IMG/VR virus record: IMGVR_UViG_3300027763_000036 | Span: 32,001-96,000 of that record | DNA length: 64,000 nucleotides | Origin: a virus | Strand: one strand, 5' to 3' | The notes under the pieces: model-generated | What the model was told of the DNA's origin: nothing | Databases searched by the model: none | The model's input: only the letters and a program-made list of their open reading frames with translations | Program-made: the position numbers and the translations under genes | Part shown: positions 9,082 to 18,400 of the stretch, piece by piece | How the letters are laid out: each line of letters starts with the position of its first letter | Numbering within the stretch: position 1 is the stretch's first letter

Positions 9082-10773
9082 ATGGCTTATTTTAATCATG
9101 CGTTTAAGAAAACGTTTCTTGCAACAGGAGCAAGTATTTCTTCTGTTCCAATCAAAAATCCACAAGGTGGATCTTTAGGTACTGCTAGTGCAACTGGTGG
9201 TTTTTTGACTACTGCATCCTCTGGTAAACCAACTTATACATTAAATCAAATTGCTGCGGCATCTACTCTAGTAAATGGTAGTTATGCAAACAATTATGTT
9301 GGATTATTTACTAAAGACCAGCTTTCTGCATCTAGTAGTGATCTTTCATCTTGTTGCCCACTTTACTTAGTTGGTTCTGCCATCTACTGTAATGATAAGA
9401 TTAGTCCTTTCTTAGGTGGATACCAAGAGACTAATAAATCTAAACTTATTAATCCTAAATATGTATCTAGATTCTATAGTGTAGGTTCTTGTGCTCCATC
9501 TAACAATGTTGTTCACGTTGGATCTACTTATTCAACTTTAGGTGGTGGTGTTAAAACAGGTTCTATTACTACTGCTGGTGCTGGGTATTTACCAGCCCCA
9601 TCTACTAATGTTCTTGTTACAACAACAACTGTTACTGGAACAGGAACCGGATTAACTTTATTTATTAATATTTCAGGTACGGGTGTTCCAACTTTAGTAG
9701 TTTCAAATCCAATTGGAAGTGTTGGTAAGGGTTATGCTGTTGGTGACACTGTAACAATTAACTCCCCTTCTGGAGTACCAGGTACTCTTGCAGTATATAC
9801 TATTGGAAGTGTATATCCTGCAGTTTCTCCAGTTATCCCAGGAACTAATTGTTGTAAAGAATTTTTATGTGGTGAGACTTATAATCTTCGTTTAGATGTT
9901 AAAGGTTCTCCTGCTCTAAGATTCTTAAATCACAATGCATACTATACTGCAACTGCTTACACAGGATGTTGTCCAGCAGGAGCTATTGCTCCAACCGCTG
10001 TTAACTCAACTAATGTTATGATCCTTTGGGCCAATGATTTATTAAACTCTCCAATTGTATCTCCATTTATTCAGATTGCTATTCAAGATGAATCTGGTGT
10101 TATCTGGTATGCTCCAGGAACAGATGCTGCTTTCTTAGCTGCTGAAGGTGCTAACACTTGGAATAACTATAATACAGCTACACCACACACAGCTAATAAA
10201 TGTGCCGGTTTAATCCTTAATGGTGCTTATGTAGATACTAGATTTGGTGATTGTACTTTCCAAATTTCTGACTTCTATGAGAAACAACCAGTCAACTTAA
10301 TTGTAAGTGAAGTAGATTTAAATGGTGATCCATGTGAGTTTACAGGTATCTGTGTTGCTAATGAGTGTCTTGGTAGTCAAGTAATGGGTCTTGGAGAAAC
10401 AGTTCTTAGAGATATTATTCTTTCTGAGTCTTATAGACAAAACTTCTTCTCTTCTGACTTCAGAATCCGGGAGATTACTCAAGGTAACCAAATTGTAAAT
10501 GCTATTAACAGACAAGCACTTTACTATAGAGATTATATTCAGCATAGTGTTCCTAGATTTAACAATCCTTCTGGAACATTTGATAATGATCAATACTTAT
10601 TGGAAGTTGTCTTTACAAGTTCTACTACTGCAAGTGCATTTGAAACTGCTGTTTCAGGTTGGTTAACAACTTGTGGAGTTTGTGAAGTTGAAGTTGGTGT
10701 AAATGGATATAACTGTTTATCTACTTGTGCAGCTATTGCATTCCCAGCTCTTCCAGCTCAGTGCGGAATCTAA
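9082..10773 (+). CDS. Structural protein, possibly auxiliary capsid/decoration protein
   Basis: 563 aa, beta-rich, Cys-rich; own putative promoter and terminator; inserted TAGAGY...GKGYAVGDTVTI beta domain. Confidence 0.55.
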   Translation: MAYFNHAFKKTFLATGASISSVPIKNPQGGSLGTASATGGFLTTASSGKPTYTLNQIAAASTLVNGSYANNYVGLFTKDQLSASSSDLSSCCPLYLVGSAIYCNDKISPFLGGYQETNKSKLINPKYVSRFYSVGSCAPSNNVVHVGSTYSTLGGGVKTGSITTAGAGYLPAPSTNVLVTTTTVTGTGTGLTLFINISGTGVPTLVVSNPIGSVGKGYAVGDTVTINSPSGVPGTLAVYTIGSVYPAVSPVIPGTNCCKEFLCGETYNLRLDVKGSPALRFLNHNAYYTATAYTGCCPAGAIAPTAVNSTNVMILWANDLLNSPIVSPFIQIAIQDESGVIWYAPGTDAAFLAAEGANTWNNYNTATPHTANKCAGLILNGAYVDTRFGDCTFQISDFYEKQPVNLIVSEVDLNGDPCEFTGICVANECLGSQVMGLGETVLRDIILSESYRQNFFSSDFRIREITQGNQIVNAINRQALYYRDYIQHSVPRFNNPSGTFDNDQYLLEVVFTSSTTASAFETAVSGWLTTCGVCEVEVGVNGYNCLSTCAAIAFPALPAQCGI

Positions 10774-10794
10774 TAGAATTAAATTAATAATTAT

Positions 10795-10832
10795 AAAAGG
10801 GGAGAGAGAGTTTATACTCCTCTCCTTTTTTT
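10795..10832 (+). terminator. Rho-independent terminator
   Basis: aaaaggggagagagag-tttata-ctcctctcctttt followed by a T run. Confidence 0.7.
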
Positions 10833-10847
10833 ATAAAATAAAGTAGT

Positions 10848-11417
10848 ATGGCAAATCATGTATTAAGTTTAGAGGTGCCTCAAGTAATGAATGAATGCAT
10901 TCTTAAGATACTTGACACAAGTGTATATCAAACATTGGATCCCGCTATTCCAATAGTATGCCCTACCTTAAATGTTACTGTACCTGGATTTGGTTATTCT
11001 AACCAGATAACAGGAACTACAATGACTAATTTTGTTAATACAGGTCACATAACTTTAACAGCATGTGATTTGCAATTGCAAACTACAAATTGTGGAACAA
11101 CTTATTTTAATATACCAGACGGTATTTATATTATAAAATACAGTGTATCCCCTAATGAGACAGTATATGTAGAGTATAATCATTTAAGAGTAACAGCAGC
11201 ATTAAATAAATATTACAAGATTCTTTGTGATGTAGATGTAGCTGATTGTGATCCTCCTTTTAAAATAAAACAAAGACTTGAAGAACTAAGATTAATTTTT
11301 ATGTATCTTCAAGCAGCAAAGTCTAAGGTAGAGTTTTGTCTTGAGCCACAGAAAGGTATGAGCTTATATAACTATGCCCTTAAACTTTTGAATAGAATGG
11401 AATGTAGAAATTGTTAA
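10848..11417 (+). CDS. Conserved structural protein (crAss-like tail/fibre hub candidate)
   Basis: 189 aa; PDGIY.IKYSV.P motif and helical C-terminus ending in CxxC. Confidence 0.5.
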   Translation: MANHVLSLEVPQVMNECILKILDTSVYQTLDPAIPIVCPTLNVTVPGFGYSNQITGTTMTNFVNTGHITLTACDLQLQTTNCGTTYFNIPDGIYIIKYSVSPNETVYVEYNHLRVTAALNKYYKILCDVDVADCDPPFKIKQRLEELRLIFMYLQAAKSKVEFCLEPQKGMSLYNYALKLLNRMECRNC

Positions 11418-11436
11418 ACCAATAAAATCAATAATT

Positions 11437-11595
11437 ATGTCAGTTTGTCCTAATTGTAAAGCAAATTTATCCTGCGGATGTCAAATAAGAAAAGCCTCTG
11501 ATGGAACTCAAGTATGCACTAGTTGTCTAGGTAATTATGAAATAAAAGTAAAAGGTCCTCAACCAAAAGATAATTTAAAAAAATTCACTAAATAA
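11437..11595 (+). CDS. 52-aa Cys-rich (zinc-finger-like) protein missing from the ORF track
   Basis: MSVCPNCKANLSCGCQIRKASDGTQVCTSCLGNYEIKVKGPQPKDNLKKFTK; TAATG overlap with the next gene. Confidence 0.8.
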   Translation: MSVCPNCKANLSCGCQIRKASDGTQVCTSCLGNYEIKVKGPQPKDNLKKFTK

Positions 11596-14024
11596 TGTCT
11601 GCACCTGTTCCTTATTATTTAATAACTAGTTGTTGCTCTCAAACAGTAATCTCTGGTTTATTTCGTATACCAGGTTTAGGTACAGTTCCTAATGGAGTAT
11701 ATCAATATACCGGACCTACTTTTACTGAATCTGTAACAGGCATGGTATTTAACTCTAATTTTTGTTATACAGTAATATTTCAAGGAACAGTTTCTACAGC
11801 ATATCCATCAGCTTTTAATTCAAGTCAAATAACATTAACTGCAAGTAATGATTGTGAAGATCTAATATGCGCACCATGTGGTTCTAAATTTCCAGCATAC
11901 TCTATTTTTAATTGCTGTGATACTGCTAATGTAATTAGTTTAAATATTGATACAGATGCCTGTACCCCAACAGATGGAGTATGGGTATATAATGGTCCTG
12001 GTTTTATAGAACCAATTAGTGGATTTATTTTTAGTACAGGAGAATGTTATAATTTTACTGAGTTACCTGATGGAACATTTGAGCAAGGACCAGATTGTAC
12101 AGATTTTGATATAACAATTTATGATACATGTCAAGCAGCACAAGCTGATGCTGAATGTCCTGCATGTAATTTAGCTTTAGAATTTTTAATATTCACAAGT
12201 TGTTGTGATGATACTGAACTTTTATTTAAAGGTCCTTTTCCTACTTCAACTTATTATGGTGTAAAAGAATATTTAGGACTTCCAGTAAATGGATTAGAAA
12301 ATATATGTTATTCTATTGAAACTGGTGTTGTAGGGGATATACAAGTTCCAGATCTTGCAGCATATAATCTTTTACCAGATCCTCCAGTATATGTAGAAGG
12401 TCTTACTTTTAGTAACTTATCGGCATTAAATACAGATTGTGCACTTTATATTGATGAATGCCCAAATTGTATTAAACAATGTTATACACTTTATGACTGT
12501 GATGGTAATCGTTTTAATACTGAAATAGATTTATCTACATATGTAAATACTTTTATAACAATAATTCAATTAGGAGTTTCTTCAGGACCTTGGTATGTTT
12601 TAGAAAATAATACCGGATCTTGTAATAATGCTGTAACTGGTTTTACAGTAAGCCCCACAGCTCCAACTCCTTGTGATTGTATATGTTATACAGTTGTTGC
12701 ATTAGCTAAAAATTGTGTTTATATAGATTGTGATGGAAATTTACAAAACACAGGTCCTTTATTAACCGGAACACCAATAGAATTTTGTTCTATAGTATAT
12801 CCTTTTATTCAAGGATCTTTTGGAAATCCACCATATATAGTTGGTCCAGGAATTTGTGGAACAACAGCCTGTAACCCGTGTTATAAACTTCAAGATTGTG
12901 AAGGTTTATTACCTGATATTTATACTACAAAACCTTCATTAGGCATAAACGCTATACTTGGACAGATTGTAATACTTTTAGAATACCCAGGAGTTTGTTG
13001 GGAAGTAATTGACACAGTTGAATGTGACTGTGCAATAGATGTTACTGTTATACAATCTTTTGCTAGTTGTGCAACTTGCTTAAGTGCTCCTAAATATAAA
13101 CTAACTAATTGTGATGATTCTACAACAATTGTTTATACTAGTACAGATTTAAGTGCATATGTTGGTCAAGTAATAATCAGATTAGATTGTCCAGGATGCT
13201 GGTTAGTGGAAGAAATAAAAGATATTCCTTCAGATGTTATTATTACAGTAGATGCAAGTTATATTAACTGTACTGAATGTGCAAGAGATTATTACTTACT
13301 TACAGATTGTACAGGATATAAAGATCCTATTATTACTTATACAGATCTTAGTCAATCTGTAGGAAATGTAATTAAAATTAAATATTGTCCAGAAACTTGT
13401 TGGACGGTAACTAGAACATTATTAGCTACAAATGCAGGTATAGTAATTCCAGATGTAGAATATGAAGATTGTGAAGAATGTTTATTAACATTCCCTTGTA
13501 TTTGTACAACAGTTAGAAATGATAGTACTACAAGTAAAGAATATGAATATTATGATTGTGAACTTATAGTACAAACATTTACGTTAGCTCCAGGTGTAAC
13601 ATCAGAAAGATTTTGTGTAAGAACATGGGGAGAGTATTATCCTGAAATAGATTTCATAGTAACATTTGGTAATTGTTCAGAAACTACACCTAATATTTGG
13701 AATTGTCCGCCAATTGTTTATCCAAGAAGAAGTGTACAACCAGGATATAATACACCAGCATGTACTATATCAAAATATGAAAAAATATCTTGTAGATCTG
13801 CAGATGTATACTATAAGCAAGTACTCTATTTAAGATACGGTATATCAGATTGTTGTCCAGAAGACAATGACAAGTGGTTAATCAAAAAGGAACTAATAGA
13901 CTTGGATGCAATAAGAGATCCTAACTATGAATGTACTGTAATAAACCCATGTTGTCCAAATACGCCATCTTGTGGTTCAACACCTTGTGGATGTACTTCA
14001 AATATTCCTTGTAATTCTCATTAA
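11595..14024 (+). CDS. Cys-rich repeat structural protein (fibre/spike candidate)
   Basis: 809 aa made of Y.L..C(C)...C[WY].[VI]...C..C modules. Confidence 0.7.
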   Translation: MSAPVPYYLITSCCSQTVISGLFRIPGLGTVPNGVYQYTGPTFTESVTGMVFNSNFCYTVIFQGTVSTAYPSAFNSSQITLTASNDCEDLICAPCGSKFPAYSIFNCCDTANVISLNIDTDACTPTDGVWVYNGPGFIEPISGFIFSTGECYNFTELPDGTFEQGPDCTDFDITIYDTCQAAQADAECPACNLALEFLIFTSCCDDTELLFKGPFPTSTYYGVKEYLGLPVNGLENICYSIETGVVGDIQVPDLAAYNLLPDPPVYVEGLTFSNLSALNTDCALYIDECPNCIKQCYTLYDCDGNRFNTEIDLSTYVNTFITIIQLGVSSGPWYVLENNTGSCNNAVTGFTVSPTAPTPCDCICYTVVALAKNCVYIDCDGNLQNTGPLLTGTPIEFCSIVYPFIQGSFGNPPYIVGPGICGTTACNPCYKLQDCEGLLPDIYTTKPSLGINAILGQIVILLEYPGVCWEVIDTVECDCAIDVTVIQSFASCATCLSAPKYKLTNCDDSTTIVYTSTDLSAYVGQVIIRLDCPGCWLVEEIKDIPSDVIITVDASYINCTECARDYYLLTDCTGYKDPIITYTDLSQSVGNVIKIKYCPETCWTVTRTLLATNAGIVIPDVEYEDCEECLLTFPCICTTVRNDSTTSKEYEYYDCELIVQTFTLAPGVTSERFCVRTWGEYYPEIDFIVTFGNCSETTPNIWNCPPIVYPRRSVQPGYNTPACTISKYEKISCRSADVYYKQVLYLRYGISDCCPEDNDKWLIKKELIDLDAIRDPNYECTVINPCCPNTPSCGSTPCGCTSNIPCNSH

Positions 14025-14043
14025 TAATTAGTATATTATAAAT

Positions 14044-15723
14044 ATGAAACCTCTTAATTTAGATAATAGTCCATGTAGTCCAATATCAAGTAACTGTGTT
14101 ATTTGGCAAGGACCAGACATTCCATGTATTAAACTATGTACAGGGGATACAGTATCTGATGTAATCCATAAACTTGCAACAGAACTTTGTAATATTATGG
14201 ATCTGTTAGATGTTAATGGTTATGACTTATCTTGTTTTGACTTAGCAAGCTGTAAGCCTCAGAATATCCAAGAGTTAATTCAGTTTTTAATTGAAAGAAT
14301 TTGTGCACTTGAAGCTGTTGATGCTGTGGTAGCTGCAGCACCTGCTGGACAGACAAGATCAGCAACAGCAGAAACTCTTGTTACTGTTGCTCCTTGTTTT
14401 GTTATAGGTACTACAACAGTAATGACCATTGCTGAATATGCCCAAGCTATGGGAACTAGAATTTGTGGTATAATAGATCAAATAGGTATTATCAATAATC
14501 AAATTAATGATTTAAATGTTAGAGTAACAACATTAGAAACTACCCCAGTACCTACATTCACTATTCCTACATTTACATTAGCATGTAACATTAATACTTT
14601 ATTGTCTGGTGTTACATACGGCATTGATCAAATTCTTGAAGAATATATAAATAATGTATGGTGTGGTTTTTATGCAGTAACTGGATCAACTGCAGATTTA
14701 TCTAGTGCAGTTGCATCACAATGTATATTAGGTACAGATTTTACTAAAGTGAATCCTGCAGCTACATATGCAGTACAATATCCAACCTGGATTCAACCAA
14801 CCACTACTGTTGCAGACTTATTAAATAATGCATGGATAGTTTTATGTGATATTTATAATGGAACTAATGTAACAGTAACAGGAGCTACTACAAACACAAT
14901 TCAAACAACTGTAACTGGTGGACCAGCATATACTGTATCTTCAAAACTTTTAGATACCGGATGGGTAGACCTAAATGGTTTTGGTTATTATTCTGGAGCT
15001 GACACATTAGCATTAAAACCACAAGCAAGAAGAATTGGTAATGTAGTACATTTTAGAGGGTTGATCACTATTCCAATTGATGATGGTGCTGGTGCTCCAT
15101 TATTATGGCAATACCAATCAGCTCCCCCAGTTGATACATATTATCTTTCAACTGTTGTTGCTCCTGCAACAATTGGTCCCAACTCTGTTGTAGCTTCTAC
15201 TGCAGGTACTATAACATTTAATCAAGGTAATTCAGTTATCCCAACATCTATAATGGCTGTAGGTGAAACATTTGATAATAGCTATGCATTAACATTTGTT
15301 GTAGGAACAAGACCAATTCAAGTTGATGGCTCTCCTGTAACAAGTTCTATTTTGTCAGGACTATTTAATGTTTCAATTTCTAGTGCAAAAACATTATCTC
15401 TTTCCCTTCCTAAAAATGCAGAGCAAAATATATTTTCAGGAACTGGAGCATTTAATACATCTCATTTAAACTATATTGTTTCTCATGTTATTTCTGGTGA
15501 TAACGTACCTAAATTTGATAGTGCAAATACTAATGTAAACAGTAATGGTGGGGCAGGAACAATTGGACTTGACTTAGAATATGATGCAACATTAACATAT
15601 CCTTTTACATGTAATGCAAATAATGAACAACAAGTTGGTGGGTTTAGAATTCAACTTGACGGACTAGTTGCATATATTGATCCATGTACTACTGATATAC
15701 TAACACCAATTGTTTGTCCTTAA
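14044..15723 (+). CDS. Tail fibre / receptor-binding protein
   Basis: Cys-containing N-terminal module, coiled coil (INNQINDLNVRVTTLE), then DTGWV.L...ARRIGNVVHFRG head-domain motif. Confidence 0.65.
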   Translation: MKPLNLDNSPCSPISSNCVIWQGPDIPCIKLCTGDTVSDVIHKLATELCNIMDLLDVNGYDLSCFDLASCKPQNIQELIQFLIERICALEAVDAVVAAAPAGQTRSATAETLVTVAPCFVIGTTTVMTIAEYAQAMGTRICGIIDQIGIINNQINDLNVRVTTLETTPVPTFTIPTFTLACNINTLLSGVTYGIDQILEEYINNVWCGFYAVTGSTADLSSAVASQCILGTDFTKVNPAATYAVQYPTWIQPTTTVADLLNNAWIVLCDIYNGTNVTVTGATTNTIQTTVTGGPAYTVSSKLLDTGWVDLNGFGYYSGADTLALKPQARRIGNVVHFRGLITIPIDDGAGAPLLWQYQSAPPVDTYYLSTVVAPATIGPNSVVASTAGTITFNQGNSVIPTSIMAVGETFDNSYALTFVVGTRPIQVDGSPVTSSILSGLFNVSISSAKTLSLSLPKNAEQNIFSGTGAFNTSHLNYIVSHVISGDNVPKFDSANTNVNSNGGAGTIGLDLEYDATLTYPFTCNANNEQQVGGFRIQLDGLVAYIDPCTTDILTPIVCP

Positions 15724-15734
15724 TAAATTAAACT

Positions 15735-15980
15735 ATGGCTACTAATACTTGCACAACTTGCGGATGTAGAAAATGTGGATGTTCAGATAATGCACTTACA
15801 TCTCCACCACCATGTCCTACACCAGAAGGATGTCCTACTCCTTTAACATGTTCTGAAGTTTTTGATGCAGAGTGTGTAGTATATACAGGAGCTCCAATTC
15901 TTTGTGGGCAAACAGTTGTTGTACCTACTGATACAAATATGGCAGAAGCATTACAATTAATTGTTGCTTACTTCTGTTAA
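15735..15980 (+). CDS. Small Cys-rich protein paralogous to the fibre N-terminal module
   Basis: CSEVFDAECVVYTGAPILC versus CSPISSNCVIWQGPDIPC in 14044. Confidence 0.7.
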   Translation: MATNTCTTCGCRKCGCSDNALTSPPPCPTPEGCPTPLTCSEVFDAECVVYTGAPILCGQTVVVPTDTNMAEALQLIVAYFC

Positions 15981-16023
15981 CAATATAAAGTTGCAGTTTG
16001 TTGGTTTCTGTAACAAATGGTAG

Positions 16024-16053
16024 AACCCCTGCACTTGCGGGGGTTTTGCTTTT
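16024..16053 (+). terminator. Rho-independent terminator
   Basis: aacccctgc-actt-gcgggggtt followed by ttgctttt. Confidence 0.75.
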
Positions 16054-16092
16054 ATTACTATATTTGTTAAAGTCATTTATTTTTAGTATATT
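16035..16092 (+). promoter_or_regulatory. Putative promoter(s): TTG-N21-TATATTTG and a second TTTAGTATATT core
   Basis: TATATTTG at 16059-16066 fits the Bacteroidota -7 consensus TAnnTTTG; second core at 16082-16092. Confidence 0.45.
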
Positions 16093-16104
16093 AATTAGTA
16101 TAGT

Positions 16105-16686
16105 ATGAAGGAATTTAGAAGTCCTGATTTAACAGCACCACGGTATAGACCAGAAGTATATACCATAATGAACAAGAAGTTCTTTGAAAGTTTTAAAAAG
16201 AAACATCCTAAGTATAAAGACTTAGATGATAAAGAGTTAAGAAAGATTGTTAAATATTTTAACAATGCTCTTTTTCAGACAGTTATAGATACAAGGGATG
16301 GTGTTCAACTACCTGAACAAATAGGTTGGTTGTTTATTGGAACTTGTCAAAGTCCTAAAAAACAAAACACTGATTTTATTAAGTCAAAAAAATATGGAGT
16401 AACAGTAACAAATAAAAACTGGGAATCAGATGGTAAGCTTGCCAAAATATTTTTTACAAGCTATGCATTAAAACACAAAATGAAGAATAGAGAGTTTTGG
16501 GGTTTTACAGCATGCAGAGATTTTAAAAGATCAGTAGCAAAAGCTTATCCAGAAAACTGGAACATGTACCTAGTAGTTGAACCAACAAAAAGAATAAAAC
16601 TTGAACATACTAAAAACTTTTTAATCAACTCTGCCAAAATTAAGGAAAGGGAAGATTTAAAACATTATAATGAATTTGACTTATGA
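16105..16686 (+). CDS. IHF/HU-like DNA-binding protein (crAss-like)
   Basis: Basic; helical segment then DGVQLPEQIGWLFIG and a later F.ACRDFKR segment; located before the tail tubular and stabilization genes as in crAss-like phages. Confidence 0.55.
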   Translation: MKEFRSPDLTAPRYRPEVYTIMNKKFFESFKKKHPKYKDLDDKELRKIVKYFNNALFQTVIDTRDGVQLPEQIGWLFIGTCQSPKKQNTDFIKSKKYGVTVTNKNWESDGKLAKIFFTSYALKHKMKNREFWGFTACRDFKRSVAKAYPENWNMYLVVEPTKRIKLEHTKNFLINSAKIKEREDLKHYNEFDL

Positions 16687-17348
16687 CAACTATTGGTGAA
16701 GCAATATCAAGGGTTAGAAATACTCTAAAGGCAGTTAAAGAAGATCCATTCTTAACTGATAGAGTTATATACAGCTCATTGATTAAATATGGTCAGACTC
16801 TTTTAAAGAGAGAAGATAATCAATTTAAACTTATGAAGATAAGTTCTATCTTTCAGGTATTGCCTTATATAGAACTTATAGATGTAGACAAAGTAGAAGC
16901 AGGTTGTATAGGAGTTTATTCTGGATGTTATTTTAAGAGATCTAAAGAAAAACTTCCAACTATTCTTGAAGGGGCAATGGGTCCTATTATACGTACTACA
17001 TCTTCAATAGATGGTACAATAGAAATGTTTAGAACAGATCCAGGTACTTGGGTGTCTATGGTTAGAACAACAACATTTAAATATAATACAAGAAAATATT
17101 TCTGGTATCTTAATGGATACTTATATGCACCAAACATTGATTGGGAAGCAGTAAGGATGGAAGCTATATTTCAAGGAGTTACAGATCCATGTGATCCAAA
17201 ACAGCAATGTGAAATTGCACAGGATCAAAGATTAACTATTCCGGAATATTTATTCTCTGAAGTAGAACAGTTTGTAATCAAAGAACTATCAATGTCAATG
17301 CAGGTTCCTGCTGATAATGCAGATGATAGTCAAAACTCTCTTAGATAA
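16683..17348 (+). CDS. Tail ring/adaptor protein
   Basis: 221 aa; T.GE.ISRVR N-terminus, YFWYLNGYLY, IPEYL; synteny with the tail module. Confidence 0.6.
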   Translation: MTTIGEAISRVRNTLKAVKEDPFLTDRVIYSSLIKYGQTLLKREDNQFKLMKISSIFQVLPYIELIDVDKVEAGCIGVYSGCYFKRSKEKLPTILEGAMGPIIRTTSSIDGTIEMFRTDPGTWVSMVRTTTFKYNTRKYFWYLNGYLYAPNIDWEAVRMEAIFQGVTDPCDPKQQCEIAQDQRLTIPEYLFSEVEQFVIKELSMSMQVPADNADDSQNSLR

Positions 17349-18400
17349 TGGATTTTAATTATACTCTTAGATATAGAACATTTGATCAACTGTTAGAAGA
17401 TGTAACAGTTGACTTAAATACTTTTGCTCTTGAAAATATGATAGAGCCTCAACAGCTGATTAAGCTTACTAAAAAAATAAACTATGATCTTGGTTTACGA
17501 GTAAATCAAACTAAAGAAATTATATTAGAGGTATGTCATGGTAGAGTAAAACTACCAGATGATTTTTATGTATTTAACTTTGCATTTGTTTGTGGAAATT
17601 ATGAACAGCATGCAGGTTATGGACCAATGGCATCAGGGACTCATATTATGGAAGTTCCTTATCAAGAAGTTCCATCTACTGTAGATGTATGTGCTCCACC
17701 AACAGTAAACTGTAGAACATGTAATTCTAATCCATGTAACCAAACTGCAGCATGTAGTCTTAATCATCCAATAGTAGATCCAATACCTACAGAGTATGAT
17801 CCTTTAAATCCTTATGGTAACACATGTGTTGCTCCTAGAGTATTTATGAACTGTAAAGGAGAAAAATGGGAACTTGTTCAAGTAATGAATAACTCCGGTT
17901 CAAGTGTTACTAGAGTTTATAGAGATCTTTTGCCATTAAGAATGAAGGCAAGTCAAGAAATAGAATGTGATTGTCCAAATCTTTATTGGAATGCTGCAAA
18001 CGAGGGATGGATTAAAGGAGGATTTTTATTTACAACATTTCAAACAGGAAGAGTATATTTAAACTACCAAGGTCAAATGGAAGATGATAATGGAAACTTA
18101 ATGGTTCCGGATCATGATCTTTTAAATGAATACTATGAGTATGCACTAAAAGCTAGAATCTTTGAAAACTTATATTTAAATGGAGAGGATGTAGCACAAA
18201 GAATGCAACTTGTAGAACAAAGACTTAAAGCTGCAAGAAACAATGCATTAAGTGTAGTTAATACTCCAAACTTTAGAGAGTTAGAGCAAATGTGGTGGAC
18301 AAATAGAAAAGCTATGTACGGTAAGTACTATTCTATGTTTCAAAGTTATTCACCTAATGCAGGATATTATAGAAATATAACTGGTAATAGAATTATATAA
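17348..18400 (+). CDS. Tail tubular protein (P22 gp4-like, crAss Ttub) with Cys-rich insert
   Basis: GRVKLPDDF and YLNYQG..EDD.GNLMVPD motifs; precedes the stabilization protein. Confidence 0.65.
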   Translation: MDFNYTLRYRTFDQLLEDVTVDLNTFALENMIEPQQLIKLTKKINYDLGLRVNQTKEIILEVCHGRVKLPDDFYVFNFAFVCGNYEQHAGYGPMASGTHIMEVPYQEVPSTVDVCAPPTVNCRTCNSNPCNQTAACSLNHPIVDPIPTEYDPLNPYGNTCVAPRVFMNCKGEKWELVQVMNNSGSSVTRVYRDLLPLRMKASQEIECDCPNLYWNAANEGWIKGGFLFTTFQTGRVYLNYQGQMEDDNGNLMVPDHDLLNEYYEYALKARIFENLYLNGEDVAQRMQLVEQRLKAARNNALSVVNTPNFRELEQMWWTNRKAMYGKYYSMFQSYSPNAGYYRNITGNRII

